Part shown: positions 37,153-48,839 of the stretch, piece by piece
Position numbering within the stretch: position 1 is the stretch's first letter
How the letters are laid out: each line of letters starts with the position of its first letter
Source: Octopus sinensis
Taxonomy: Eukaryota
DNA: 64,000 nucleotides
Assembly (NCBI RefSeq): GCF_006345805.1
Contig: NC_043009.1
Coordinates: 54,560,001 to 54,624,000 of the forward strand
Reading direction: 5' to 3'
Translations under genes and position numbers: made by a program
Notes under the pieces: generated by a model
Told to the model about the DNA's origin: nothing
Database searches by the model: none
What the model saw: the letters and a program-made list of their open reading frames with translations, nothing else

Positions 37153-37762
37153 CTATGTTTGACTTTTGCTTTATATTTGTACAAGTTGGCTCCAAGTCTC
37201 ACCCAGAGACCTCAAGAGACAACAGGTTTGAAGTTCATGTTGTTATTATGCTAGTGTGCCATATATTTGGGGGGTGGGGATGTTGTACTAATGAATGTCT
37301 AAAAGAAAGTTTTTTTTTTTTTTTTTTTAAACCGAAAATTATGGTTGTTTTAAACCTTGAGGTTACATAGAGAGTATTTTGCGTAGGATATGAGCAGTTC
37401 CCATGAGCACTATCTTTTGAACTTCTGCCATTTTTGGGTTTCCTGGTATCTGAGTTAGTAGCTATCAGCCCCTTTTGCTATCATTCCCAGGGCACCTATG
37501 ACAACAGGTATTGTTTTAGTCTCAGCTTCCACATTTTGCTGATTTCTATTTCAAGATCTTTATATTTGCTCAGTTTTTTGTAGGTCCTGACAGATACGTT
37601 TATATCGATTGGGACAGTCATATCATGAGGAGGCATGTTCTTTGTTTGAAGTCTTTCATATGATGTCTGGCCTATTTGCATCTATCTTCCTGTCAGTTTG
37701 AATGGTGAGTTCCAGAGGAGTGAGGTGGTCATTTTCAAGCACTGGGGGTGGTTTGTGTTCCC
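37153..37762 (-). mobile_element. 5'-truncated R4/Dong LINE (REL plus 3'UTR) flanked by (TAA)n
   Basis: EHKPPPVLEND, DRKIDANRPDII, DMTVPIDINVSVRTYKKLSKYKDLEIEISKMWK and IPVVIGALGMIAKG. Confidence 0.9.
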
Positions 37763-37806
37763 TATTATTATTATTATTATATTATTATTATTATATTATT
37801 ATTATT

Positions 37807-38600
37807 GTTTAAGGCTTCACACAGTATCCAATATCGTGATGTTGTTGATTGAAGACATTGTCTACCGGGGATTTATACTGTCTATCAAGTCACAACAAGG
37901 AGCTCAGACAGACAGTACTTTACGCAATATTCGTGCTGTTCCAAGTAATGCCATTTATTTTTAATTCACCAAGATTGTAGGATATTTCTAAAGTTTACAG
38001 ATGTTTTTTTAGGTTGGGTGGTACTGAACCCAATGCTCCGGTGACAATAGGGACAACCTTTAGGTTTGACTCTCGTAGCTTCCACATCATAGCGATCTCA
38101 GTTTTCAGGTTTCCATATTTATCCAATCTTTTCTCTTTCTTTCACGATAATATATTGATCGCCTAGCACTGACACGTCGATTATTAGGCACTCTTGTTTG
38201 TCCCTCCTAAAGGTTACTATATCTGGCCGTCAGTGCTCTAACATATTGTCTGTCTGGAAGTGAAAGTCCCAGAGGATTTTTGCCTTTCCGTTTCTGTCCA
38301 TCATCTTTTCCGGTGTATGTTAGTACCAAGCACCCGTTACCTCGTATTCATACCTCCGGCATAGTAGCCAGTGAAGGTTTGGACTACACTGACGTGCCTG
38401 CGCTTGTACTCTTTCTGCGCAAGACTTTCACAACCCTCTTCCCACACATTCTGCAGAGGTTCGTTGCATTTGTGTAGTATATATCCCTTTTCACTTAGTT
38501 GGTATTCAATGCCTGATCCTGGGCAGCGATATTTAGGCTTTCAATATTCTTTTTAGGTCATCCTTGCTAAGCCACCTCCATGATGCTTCCTGGTCTTTTA
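37807..38600 (-). mobile_element. R4/Dong LINE 3' fragment of another subfamily
   Basis: EASWRWL, LHWLLCRRY, KILWDFHFQTDNMLEH*RPDIV, CLIIDVSV, VVPIVTGALGSVP and ALLGTARILRKVLSV; ends at (TAA)n. Confidence 0.88.
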
Positions 38601-38641
38601 AGTTGTTTTTTTTTTCGTAGTGGAACTGACCAACGTTATTA

Positions 38642-39147
38642 TTGGGTTGTCCGGAAAGTTCGTGCCGATTTATAGTAGCTTACCTTTCGACTTATTTTGG
38701 AACATGTTTCGTGGAAGAAGGTTCATGTTCCTATAACCTGTGTTAATTCTGTAACCCTTTAAAATGGAAGATAAGAAAGTTCATTTTCGGCACTTGATGC
38801 TTTGGGAACCAGACAAAAATTGCTGCAGCTCGGCTGGGATGTGTTACCCCACCCTCCATATTCAGCAGATATTGCTCCTTCGGGTTTCCACTTACTCAGG
38901 TCTCTGCAGAATAGTCTTAATGGTAAAAATTTCAATTCCTTGGATGACGTAAAAAGATACCTTGATGAATTCTTTGCTATGAAACCACATCAATTCTGGG
39001 AAGAGGGCATTTTCAAGTTAAAGGAAAGATGGAGACGCATTGTGCAACAAAATGGTTCATATTTGGTTGATTAAAAATGTAACAGCAAGTATTTATTGAC
39101 CTTTTTCTTTCCTTTAAAAATCGGCACGAACTTTCCGGACAACCCAA
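38642..39147 (+). mobile_element. Internally deleted mariner (mellifera-like) with perfect 30-bp TIRs and TA TSD
   Basis: TIR ttgggttgtccggaaagttcgtgccgattt at 38642-38671, exact inverse at 39118-39147, TA on both sides; MEDKKVHFRHLMLWE joined to LGWDVLPHPPYSADIAPSGFHL..WRRIVQQNGSY. Confidence 0.96.
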
Positions 39148-39161
39148 TATTATTAATTTAA

Positions 39162-39376
39162 AGGCAGCGAGCTGACAGATTCGCTTGCACGCCGGACAAA
39201 ATGCTTAGCAGCATTTCATCCGTCGTTATGTTCTGAATTTAAATTCTGCCGAGGTAGACTTTACCTTTCATCCTTTCGGGATCAATAAAATAAGTACTAG
39301 TTGAGCACTGTGGTCGATGTAATTGACTTACTCCTACGAACGAACATGCCGGCCTTGTTCCAAAATTTGAAACCAT
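39162..39376 (+). mobile_element. SINE family A2
   Basis: Family A head and core with ccttgttccaaaatttgaaacc tail. Confidence 0.82.
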
Positions 39377-39599
39377 TATCATTGCTAATTTATAAAGACT
39401 GACGCAACTCTTTACGAAGATAATTAAGTGAAAAGAAGAATGCGATGAGATTTGTAGTAAATAGAAATTGACTCTGTTATTGCATTGAACGAAATGAACA
39501 GTATTTCTGGTTCAAAATATATCATACAAAGGTTATAACATGCTAATGTAATTAGTCTATATAACTCTTATCCTCAGGTTTGTTGGCAAGTCTTTTCAA

Positions 39600-39900
39600 A
39601 TTCCAAGAATTTCTCTCAAGTTTCTGGCAGAATACAGAATGACACTTGCATGCAAGACAACAATACGTGTCTCAGTTCCAATATTCTTTAGCCTTACAGG
39701 TCTTGATGTTGTATTAAGGGCACAATTATTGCCCTTGTTTTCCATATCTTCACCTCACAGGTTAGTACCTGATATCTCTTCGTTTCCTCAGTTCCTTTAG
39801 TATTCATTCTACTATCATATGATATTCTAACGTCTATGATTTTACACTCTATTTTGTTGTTGTGGCTGTAGTTATTGCTGCTCTTTTGTGGAGATCTTTT
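39600..39900 (-). mobile_element. Highly decayed R4/Dong REL fragment
   Basis: ECKIIDVRISYDSRMNTKGTEETKRYQVLTCEVKIWKTRAIIVP fits C.IIDV..P.D....KE.EK..KYQ.L..E...W. Confidence 0.6.
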
Positions 39901-40575
39901 GCTTGTTTGGTTTTTTTTTACCCTTTTCCGATCATATCCAATTTTCTTCCACTGTATGGTCAAACGCTTTAGAGAAATCTCATTAAATCTGGTAACAATC
40001 ATTCACCATCACAGCCTCTACCTTGTACTCACACTACTTTTCTGTCACTTCGAATCCACAATCTAAGCTAGCATTCAAATGCAATCTTTTACCGATATAG
40101 CTTTGTCTGCTATTATACTCTTTTGCGCTTGCTTACTGCATTCACATAGGAGATGGTCATCGCTTTCGTTTCCTCACCCCACGCATTCAGCATTTGCTCT
40201 CCGAGCCTTATCAATCTTCATCTCGTGTGTGTGTTTGTGTATGTGGTGACGGAGGGTGCTAGTGAGTACCAGCATTGCTAGAAATAAGAGTCAAAACAAC
40301 TCTGTGTGTGTGTGTATGTGTATGTGAGTGGGTGGTGTATATATACGTATGTTATGTCAGGTCGCTTCTGAGCGTTAGTGGTGTCATGCAATCCAGTATA
40401 ACCTGCTGCATATTTGCATAGTCAGTTCAGGTCATCGGCGACTAAACTGGCAACCCCACTAGGCTTTCTTTGTGATTGGGTTGATTGAACAGCGTGCAGG
40501 ATGAAAAACAAAACCTCTTTAACGTTAATGGAGAACCAATACATATATATAAATTTATGTGCTTGTGTGTGTGTG

Positions 40576-40611
<36 letters not shown>

Positions 40612-40879
40612 AATAAGGTAGTCAGAATGTTTGATGATTATATATATTTTTATTTACATTTTATTTAAACTTTTAGCGCTTTCTTCCGTTATCGGATTTA
40701 TCAAAAACTGGTTTAAAGTTAGATTTCTTGGCCTTTTTATATATTAAAAAAAACTGTGGGGTTTGACAAGCAAGGGAGAAGAAGGAAAACAAAATGTTTG
40801 AGGAGGGGGAGGTAAACGGTATGACTTTTGTATTGGTATGGTAAGACTTCTTTGTTCAATACTTAGTGATCATTTTGGA

Positions 40880-41878
40880 TGGGGAAGCAAAAGAATTTTG
40901 TATTTGAATTGGTCATCACCCTCATCAGCTAGTTGTGGAAACATCCAATTGGTCAGCCTCTCCAGGAAAGTTTGACCAGTAACAGTTCCTTCCTCTAAGA
41001 AGAATGGGCCATAACATTGTCCTCTCTGATACTGCACGAAACACATTAACTTTTGGTGAGTTTCCATATACACACATTGTGACGATTAACTTTGCCGTTA
41101 AAGTGAAATGTTGCCTCATCGCTGAAAATGATTTTTGACAGAAAACACCTAAAGCTCCACGAGGCTCCGGCAGGGATGGTGGTGATCCCTGCTGTACTCT
41201 TTCACCACAACTTTCTCTCACTCTTACTTCCTGTTTCTGTTGTACCTTGTATTTCAAAGGGCCGGCCTTGTCACTCTCTGTGTCACGCTGAATATCCCCG
41301 AGAACTACGTTAAGGGTACACGTGTCTGTGGAGTGCTCAGCCACTTACACGTTAATTTCACGAGAAGGCTGTTCCGTTGATTCGGATCAACCGGAACCCT
41401 CGTCGTCGTAACCGACGGAGTGCTTCTCCCATTTTTTATCATTATCTTCCACTAATTGCTAGATATTCTCACAGAATTCAAATCGCGTCCCATAATCTTT
41501 CGGGTGGAATTTTTGGAGTAATTGCAACTTGAAAGGAAAACTGTAGGTGTTTGTGAAGGATCTTACAAACTGTGCTTTTAGAGAGTTGTAAGCGCCGGCT
41601 AGCTTTTCGTATTGACTTTTGAGATATGTGCACGGGTTTTCTCCTAACTTGATTAATAACTTCCTCTGAGACTGATGGTTGACTAGAATGTCCCTTTCTC
41701 TTATCACAGATACCCTTTCTGACAAACATCGTTGTACCATTTCCGTATAGACTTGGGTGTAAGTGGAATCGTATTGCTCGGCCACAACACTGATCTTGCG
41801 AATTCCAGTACACACCAGTTGCGATGCTGTGGGATGGCGGCCGTTTTTAAATTTCTTTGCACCACTGTGGACACCCTG
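40880..41878 (-). mobile_element. Truncated Tc1/mariner-superfamily transposon (cagggtgtcc-type terminus), split by a SINE
   Basis: Terminus cagggtgtcc; PQHRNWCVLEFAR, PSVSEEV..KSIRKASRRLQLSKSTVCKILHK, KLQLLQ..RFEFCE, IIFSDEATFHFNGKVNRHNV, SPKVNVF and GPFFLEEGTVTG..WMFPQL. Confidence 0.88.
41141..41426 (+). mobile_element. SINE family B1, 5'-truncated
   Basis: Near-identical to 14159-14542 from gaaaacacctaaagctcc onward. Confidence 0.92.
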
Positions 41879-41904
41879 TTTATATGTGTATATATATATA
41901 TATA

Positions 41905-41963
<59 letters not shown>

Positions 41964-42491
41964 TACATATATAATATACATATATATACATATATATATA
42001 TACATATATATATACTTTATATATGTATATATGTACATATATATTTATATATATATATTATTATATATATATAATATTATATATTATATACATATATATA
42101 AATATATATATTACATATATACATATATAATGTAATATATATATGTATATAAATATATATATAATATATATATATATATGTACATATATACATATAAATG
42201 TATATATATATGTATATATATATGTATATATATGTATATTATAAACATTTATATATTTACATAAGGGTCTACGTGTGGTTTGTGTGTTTATTCTCCTCAC
42301 TGCTTGACATCGATGCTGCTTTGTTTACGTCGTCCTCGCAGCCTACAGTTCGGTCGGTCAAAGTGTCGAACTTTGAAAAATAAGTACTGGTAGTCGACTT
42401 GTTGTCTAAGCTTGCGAATAGCCTTCCCTAGCGCAGCCGCAGTTCGACGACTGAAACAAAGACTAAAATACAATATATATATATATATATC

Positions 42492-42563
<72 letters not shown>

Positions 42564-42619
42564 TATATCTATATATATAAATATTCACTAGCCAATCAAA
42601 ATTCATTGTACGACTGCTG

Positions 42620-43150
42620 CGGTTGCTGCTAGTTATTCTTTCTCTGCTTCTGCTGTCCTGCTACTACTGCTATTACAGATTCTTACTACTGCCTTTAAGA
42701 CTTCTGTCTGCTGCTTTTCTACTGCAAACACTATTACTACCACTGCTGTCATCGCTGCAGCAGCACCAACAGACACTGCCAGCAGAGAGTCTCTACTGCT
42801 GCCTTTATTGTTTCTACTGCAAACTCCACTACTACTACTACTACTACTATACTACAACTGCCGCTACTGCCACAACTTCTACAACAACTACTACTACTAC
42901 TACTACTACTATGATGACGACTACTTCGACTACTATAGCTGCTACTACTTCTGATGGTGGTGATGTTCCTATTACAGTTGTTTCTAGTGTATATTTCCTA
43001 CTACTACTACTACTACTATTGCTGTTACTGCTGATAATGATGATTATTCTACTACTGTTGTTTCTTATGCTGGCTTCCACAGCTCCTCATTTTATTTCTA
43101 CTACTACTGTAGTAGTAGTAGTAATAGTATCACCACCATTACCATCATAT
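42620..43150. repeat. Degenerate (CTA/CTG)n low-complexity tract
   Basis: Directly visible. Confidence 0.9.
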
Positions 43151-43164
43151 AACGATTGTTAACA

Positions 43165-43584
43165 CTGGTTTCAAATTTTGGCACAAGGCCAGCAATATCG
43201 GGGAAGACGGTAAGCCGATTACGTAGAACCCAATGATCAATAAGTACTTATTTTATCGACCCCGGAAGGATGAAAAGCAAAGCTGACCTCGGCGGAACAT
43301 GAGCTCAGAACATAACGATAGACAAAATGCCGTTAAGCATTTTCCCCGCGTGCTAACGATTCTGCCAGCTCGCCACCTTAAGAGGCAGTAATATTATTAA
43401 TAGTTAATATTTGTTCCAGTTGTCTACGCTCTAATTTTAAATCCAGCAAAGGGCAACTTTGTCTTTTATCCTTTCGGAATCGGATGGGAATAAACTACCA
43501 TTCAAATACTGGAGTAGTATCTTATCCTCTCCCCCACCTCTCTCTCTCTCTCTTACTTTCTCTCTCTCTCTATATATATATATA

Positions 43585-43623
<39 letters not shown>

Positions 43624-44540
43624 ATGTCTGTCTTTCTCTCTCTCCTTTCACTCGGAAGTCTTCAGAGGAGAGGCTTATCGACCCCAGTACTTGACTGGTA
43701 CTTCATTTCATCGACCTCGAAGGGATGAAAAGCAATGTCGACCTCGCAGAATTTTAACTCTGAATGTAAAGAGCCAGAAGAAATGCCTCTAAGCATTTTG
43801 TTCGACGCGCTAACCGTTCTGCCATTTCGCCTTCAAGTAATAATGGCTTCAAATGTCGGAACACGGCTAGCAATTTTGAAGGGAGGGTTTTGGTCGATAT
43901 GATCGCCCCCAGTACTTTAGTCTTGTGCTTTATCTTATCGATTCCCGAAAAGATGAAAGGCAAGGTTGATCTCAGTGTGATTTGAACTCACAACATATGA
44001 AACCGGAGTGAACGTTGCAAAGCATTTTCCGCTGCTCAAACGATTCTTTCAAAAGGGTCCTATTAAACTTCTGCCTACCACGCATAAAACACCCTATTTT
44101 ATTTCCGACTAATCATAAAGATTCAGTTATATTTCTGACAAAGCTACAGAAGCCTTGTAGTATTTCAGAGTACCAGGATGGGGCTAAGTCGATTATATCG
44201 ACCCCAGTACTTGACTACTACTTTAATTTCTCGACCCCGGAGGGATGAACAGTAAAGTTAACATAGACTGACTTTGAATTCAGAATGTAAAGACCAAGAA
44301 CAAATGCCTATTTCTTTACTACCCACAAGGGGCTAAACACAGAGAGGACAAACAAGGACAGACAAACGGATTAAGTTGATTAAATCGACGCCAGTGCGTA
44401 ACTGGTACTTAATTTATCGACCCCGAAAGGATGAATGGCAAAGTCGACCTCGGCGGAATTTGAACTCAGAACATAACGGCAGACGAAATACGGCTACACA
44501 TTTCGCCCGGCGTGCTAACGTTTCTGCCAGCTCGCCGCCT
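43165..44540 (-). mobile_element. Cluster of 5-6 family A SINE copies of different ages
   Basis: Repeated atcgacccc..ggatgaaa..gtcgacctc cores near 43255, 43680, 43900, 44200 and 44415; the last is a young A1 copy (44309-44540). Confidence 0.8.
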
Positions 44541-44718
44541 TAACAGGGTAGCTCATAATGAATGGACACATTTTAAACGCAAGTGTCTAGGTCTGAAGCG
44601 AAAGCATGATAAATTGCAAGCATTTCTGTATGCCCTCTGTGAGACATTGCATTTCAAGCGTTTTATGCACAGCATTTCCATCATTTGAGGGAATTAGAGA
44701 AAGAAATAATATTACGAG

Positions 44719-45700
44719 GCTTTCCAAAAAGCATTGACATTATAAATGAAATAAACTGGCGTTTATAAGAATCGAAACCTGTTCCTGGCCTCGACTTTTC
44801 CTGAGCGTATCTTCAGTAGCAACACCATTCGACACAATAAATATTGATTTGTTGCATTATAGCTCAAACAAACATAATTTAAATGAGGAGCAGAAGCACT
44901 AGTGAATTCAATCGATCTCAATACCAAAGCTAGTTCTTAAGTTATCGATCTTCAGAGGGATGAAACACAAAATTGACACTGATGGCATTTGAACTCAGAT
45001 CATAGGCCGTGATGTTACGACGTTCATTTTGCAACCACATGGTTCTGGCTTTCTCCCCAACTCCGCTGCCATTTGGACAAGCGCCTTTTGTTATAGTTTT
45101 GGGCTGACCAACATCTCCTAATAATACCCATTGCGTGTGTGTGTGTGTATGTGTGTGTGTGTGTAGTGTTTGTGTGGTGTGTGGTGTGTGTGTGTGTGTG
45201 TGTGTGGTGTGTGTGTGGTGTGTGTGTGTGTGGTGTGTGTGTGTGTGTGTGTGGTGTGTGTTAATCTCAGTTATATAAAACTTAGAAAATTGCTATTTAA
45301 TAAAGTACTTAATACAGTTTAATATGCAGAGTTAATTATTTACTATTTGAGTGAGAGTATTAACTGCGTCGATCCATCGGTTTCGGGGGGAAATATCGAA
45401 ATGATATCATGATGTTCATGCCTGCCTTTCCAAAAAGCATTAATATTATATTCGAAATAAACTAACTTCTAACGAGAATCGAAACCGGGGCCTGAGCTTA
45501 ATTCGCCAGGAGCGTATTTTCTACAGTAAGACCATTCGTTACAATAAATATCGATTTGTTGCATTATGGAAAGAAAAAAATATGATTTAATTTAGAAATG
45601 GAGAGTATTAGGCGGTTCGATCGATCCCAGTAGTACACAGTTCTTAACTTTTGATGAACGCTAAGCTGACATTGATGTCATTGGTCTTGGAGTACATGCA
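44719..45700 (+). repeat. Old local direct duplication (~270-bp units about 706 bp apart)
   Basis: tttccaaaaagcatt..gaaataaact..gaatcgaaacc..ccattcg..acaataaatat(t/c)gatttgttgcattat at 44719 and 45424. Confidence 0.8.
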
Positions 45701-46199
45701 AAGACAATGGGCATTGTTCCTTCCGCCAAACCAAAACATTAACAAAACGTAATAATCAATAAGTAATGGTGATTAAATCAACGATAGTGTTCTTCCAAAA
45801 GGTATGAAAGATAGAGTATTGAGTTTATGAATTATTATTAACAAAAATAATTATGAATTGATTGGTGTTTTGATTTAGAAATTAGTTATTGATTTTTTTT
45901 TTCCTGCACTGGCAGAGAGCCATTAATTTGTAGAAACGGGTTTAGTTTAAATTTAATTCCGTCCCCGCTACAAGGCGCATAAAACTTCTTACGCCTTTTA
46001 GCCAACCTGTTCCTCGCTATGCTGTTGCTTTGGCCGTTTTCCAACTCATCAATGTGCTACCACATTTATATTCAGCCGCTGGCCTTCTTTGTCATTCTAC
46101 TTTCCCGCTTACTCTTTGCCCTTCTGCCGACAGGTTAATAGCATTCAAACGAACGAGAATTATGTGTCCTCCAGCACCGCCCCACCTCCGACTGAACCA

Positions 46200-46706
46200 A
46201 AAGCATCACTGGTCCATTGCACAGAGCTTCTACAGAAAAGCTTTTACAGAAAAGAATTTTTTATGATATACTACAAAGCAAAACACTCAACAGTTGTATA
46301 GTGCTACCACTGATTACAAACAAAACGTTTCAACAGTCAGAGAGCGCTTTTGTCTTTATATCTGCAATGCAAGAATTAGCAGCCACAACTCTTTCGGATC
46401 ACACCCATACATCTTTAAAATATACATTAGAGAATGTAATCCTAGATACAATGTCTGGGAAAAACATCGCTGGTCCATTGCATAGAGCTTCTACAGAAAA
46501 GAAATTTTAATGATATACTACAAAGCAAAACACTCAACAGTTTTATAGTGCTACCACTGATTACAAACAAAGCGTTTCAACAGCCAGAGACGCTTTTGTC
46601 TCTATATCTGCAAGAATTAGCAGCCACATCTCTTTCAGATCACACCCATGCATCTTAAAAAGTATACATTAGAGAATGTAATCCTAGATACAATGTCTGG
46701 GAAAAA
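46200..46706 (+). repeat. Tandem duplication of a ~255-bp complex unit
   Basis: Units 46200-46460 and 46461-46706 align closely; both end cctagatacaatgtctggga. Confidence 0.93.
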
Positions 46707-46984
46707 GTAAAATGGAATAGCCATGGCCAGATTGGCTTTGATCATAGGTCTATTTGGCCTGTATTGATCTGGATCTAAACAAGATATAATTAGTTATTTG
46801 GACTTGACCAATACATCTACACCTCTTCAACTAACACATAACTTACAAGTATGGAATCTAACTGAAGACCTAATGCGCTCGTGTAATATCAATGATGTCA
46901 ATTTAGATAGATTTAGAAAAATTTTCAAGCTACACTTAAAGGACTATATCCAACAATTACGGTCGACTTTTTTCACTGGTATCC

Positions 46985-47300
46985 TGTGGATTACGATGAC
47001 GAGGGTTCCGTTGATCGGATCAATAGAACAGCCCGCTCGTGAAATTAACGTGCAAGTGACTGAGTACTCCACAGACACTCGTGACCTTAACGTAGTTCTC
47101 GGGGATATTCAGCGTCACACAGATTGTGATAAGTCTGGCCCTTCGGAATACAAGAAATACTCATGTCTGTTACCTGAGTGAACTGCAACAATGTGAAATG
47201 AAGTGTCTTGCTCAAGGACACAGCGCACCCCCAGGTATCAAACTTACGACCTTACAATCGTGAGCAGATTACCCTAACCACTTAGCCATATGCCTTCATA
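46985..47300 (-). mobile_element. SINE with tRNA head, CORE-like centre and B1-type tail
   Basis: Minus strand: ggcatatggctaagtggttaggg.. then gtgtccttgagcaagacacttcatttcacattg, then tail shared with 14159-14542. Confidence 0.75.
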
Positions 47301-48474
47301 GCCGATACTAATATTAATGCCGTTAACTTTCTGGACACCATTTTAAATTTAAGTACTAACAAATAATTACTTTCTAAGAAACAATATGAAAATTTACCGG
47401 GCATCATCAAACATTTAAACAAACAATTCTAAAACAATGCTTCTGACATTAGTATGTTTCTAATATTCTTATCTGAGAGTATCTCTATAAAGCCACCATT
47501 CGACCTTGCATTGACTATTGCTGTCATCTTTAGGCTAGGATCTCCTCTGAATGCTTTAACTTGCTTGATCGAATTGATAATTGAGTTCTTTAGCATGATA
47601 GGTCCTTTTTTTCCTACTAGGGTGGAGTTTTGTGCTCATCATCGAAATGTACCTTCGTTGTGTCTATTCTATATGTATTTCTATCGTCATTGCTCTGATG
47701 AACTTTCTGGTCGAGAACCTCTGTCAAAACCTTTAAACGTGTCACCTGCTTCTCTTCCCAGACACATCATTTTTTCCTGTTGAGCTTCCCGTTAGTCATA
47801 AGTCCTTTTTATTCTAATAGCTTCTGTCCTCTAATTGCTGCTCTCTAGATCTCACTACCATTGTCTTGTTTTTCTCTGATCAACGATATTCAGTCCCTTA
47901 CGTTTTCTATCAATCGACATCTTTTGAATTTGTAAGCCACTTCATTTGTTTCTTTTTTATTCCTTTACACTACAGTGGTCTCAAGCTTTATTTGGGACAA
48001 AATCGATAATGAAAAGAAAAGGAAATATATGAAGCATTTATCTTCTGACAGGCCCTCATTTAGTAGTAGCGTGCAACATTATAATGAATGCAGAGTTATA
48101 CGATAGTAATTGTACTGACAAAATTCAATACATACACGATAATATTAGTGTCGTAAATCGTAACAATAGGAAACAGGAATTTCTATGGATTAACTCACTC
48201 TTTGTTTAATTATACGTTCTCAGATCGCTACAAACATTTCAAATTCAATATCTTTGTAGAGTTTTCCACTAAGCCACAAACATCGTTAGCTCTTTTAGGA
48301 AACACAATTCAATGGAGCCTGCTGTTATACAATTAACGCTGTAGCTTTTATCACGAAATTCAACAGCGGAATCATATCCCACACAAATAAAACATACCCT
48401 CTTTGTACTTGTTACTTTAATACAGCAAGCGCTTGTACGCTTTACAGAAAATGACGTGCACATATACATACACA

Positions 48475-48521
<47 letters not shown>

Positions 48522-48839
48522 ACACACACACAAACACACACACAGAGTCACACACATATATATACTGATAGAGAGAGAGAAGGGCAGAGAAACAGAGAGA
48601 GACAGAAAGAAAGAAAGATACGTACGTATATATGTATATATGTGTGTACGTGTGTATGTGTGTATGTGCGTTGTATTTCGTTCTATATACATGTACATCT
48701 CTTGGATACATTGTCAGTTTTGTATCCTGAAGACAGAGTGATTCGATTCTTACAACATATACTCTCATCGATCGATGCTTTTCCTGCTTTTTATTTTATT
48801 TTTTTTTTTTTTTTAGTTTTTACTTTTCGGTTGCTCTCC

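Noticed and set aside
41880-42260. Apparent long imperfect palindrome in the TA-rich tract
   Set aside because: Nearly pure A/T alternation is self-complementary by nature, and there are too few informative bases.
47440-47940. Possible tenth R4-like fragment (minus strand, RHNE motif)
   Set aside because: Too decayed to assign by eye; needs a profile search.
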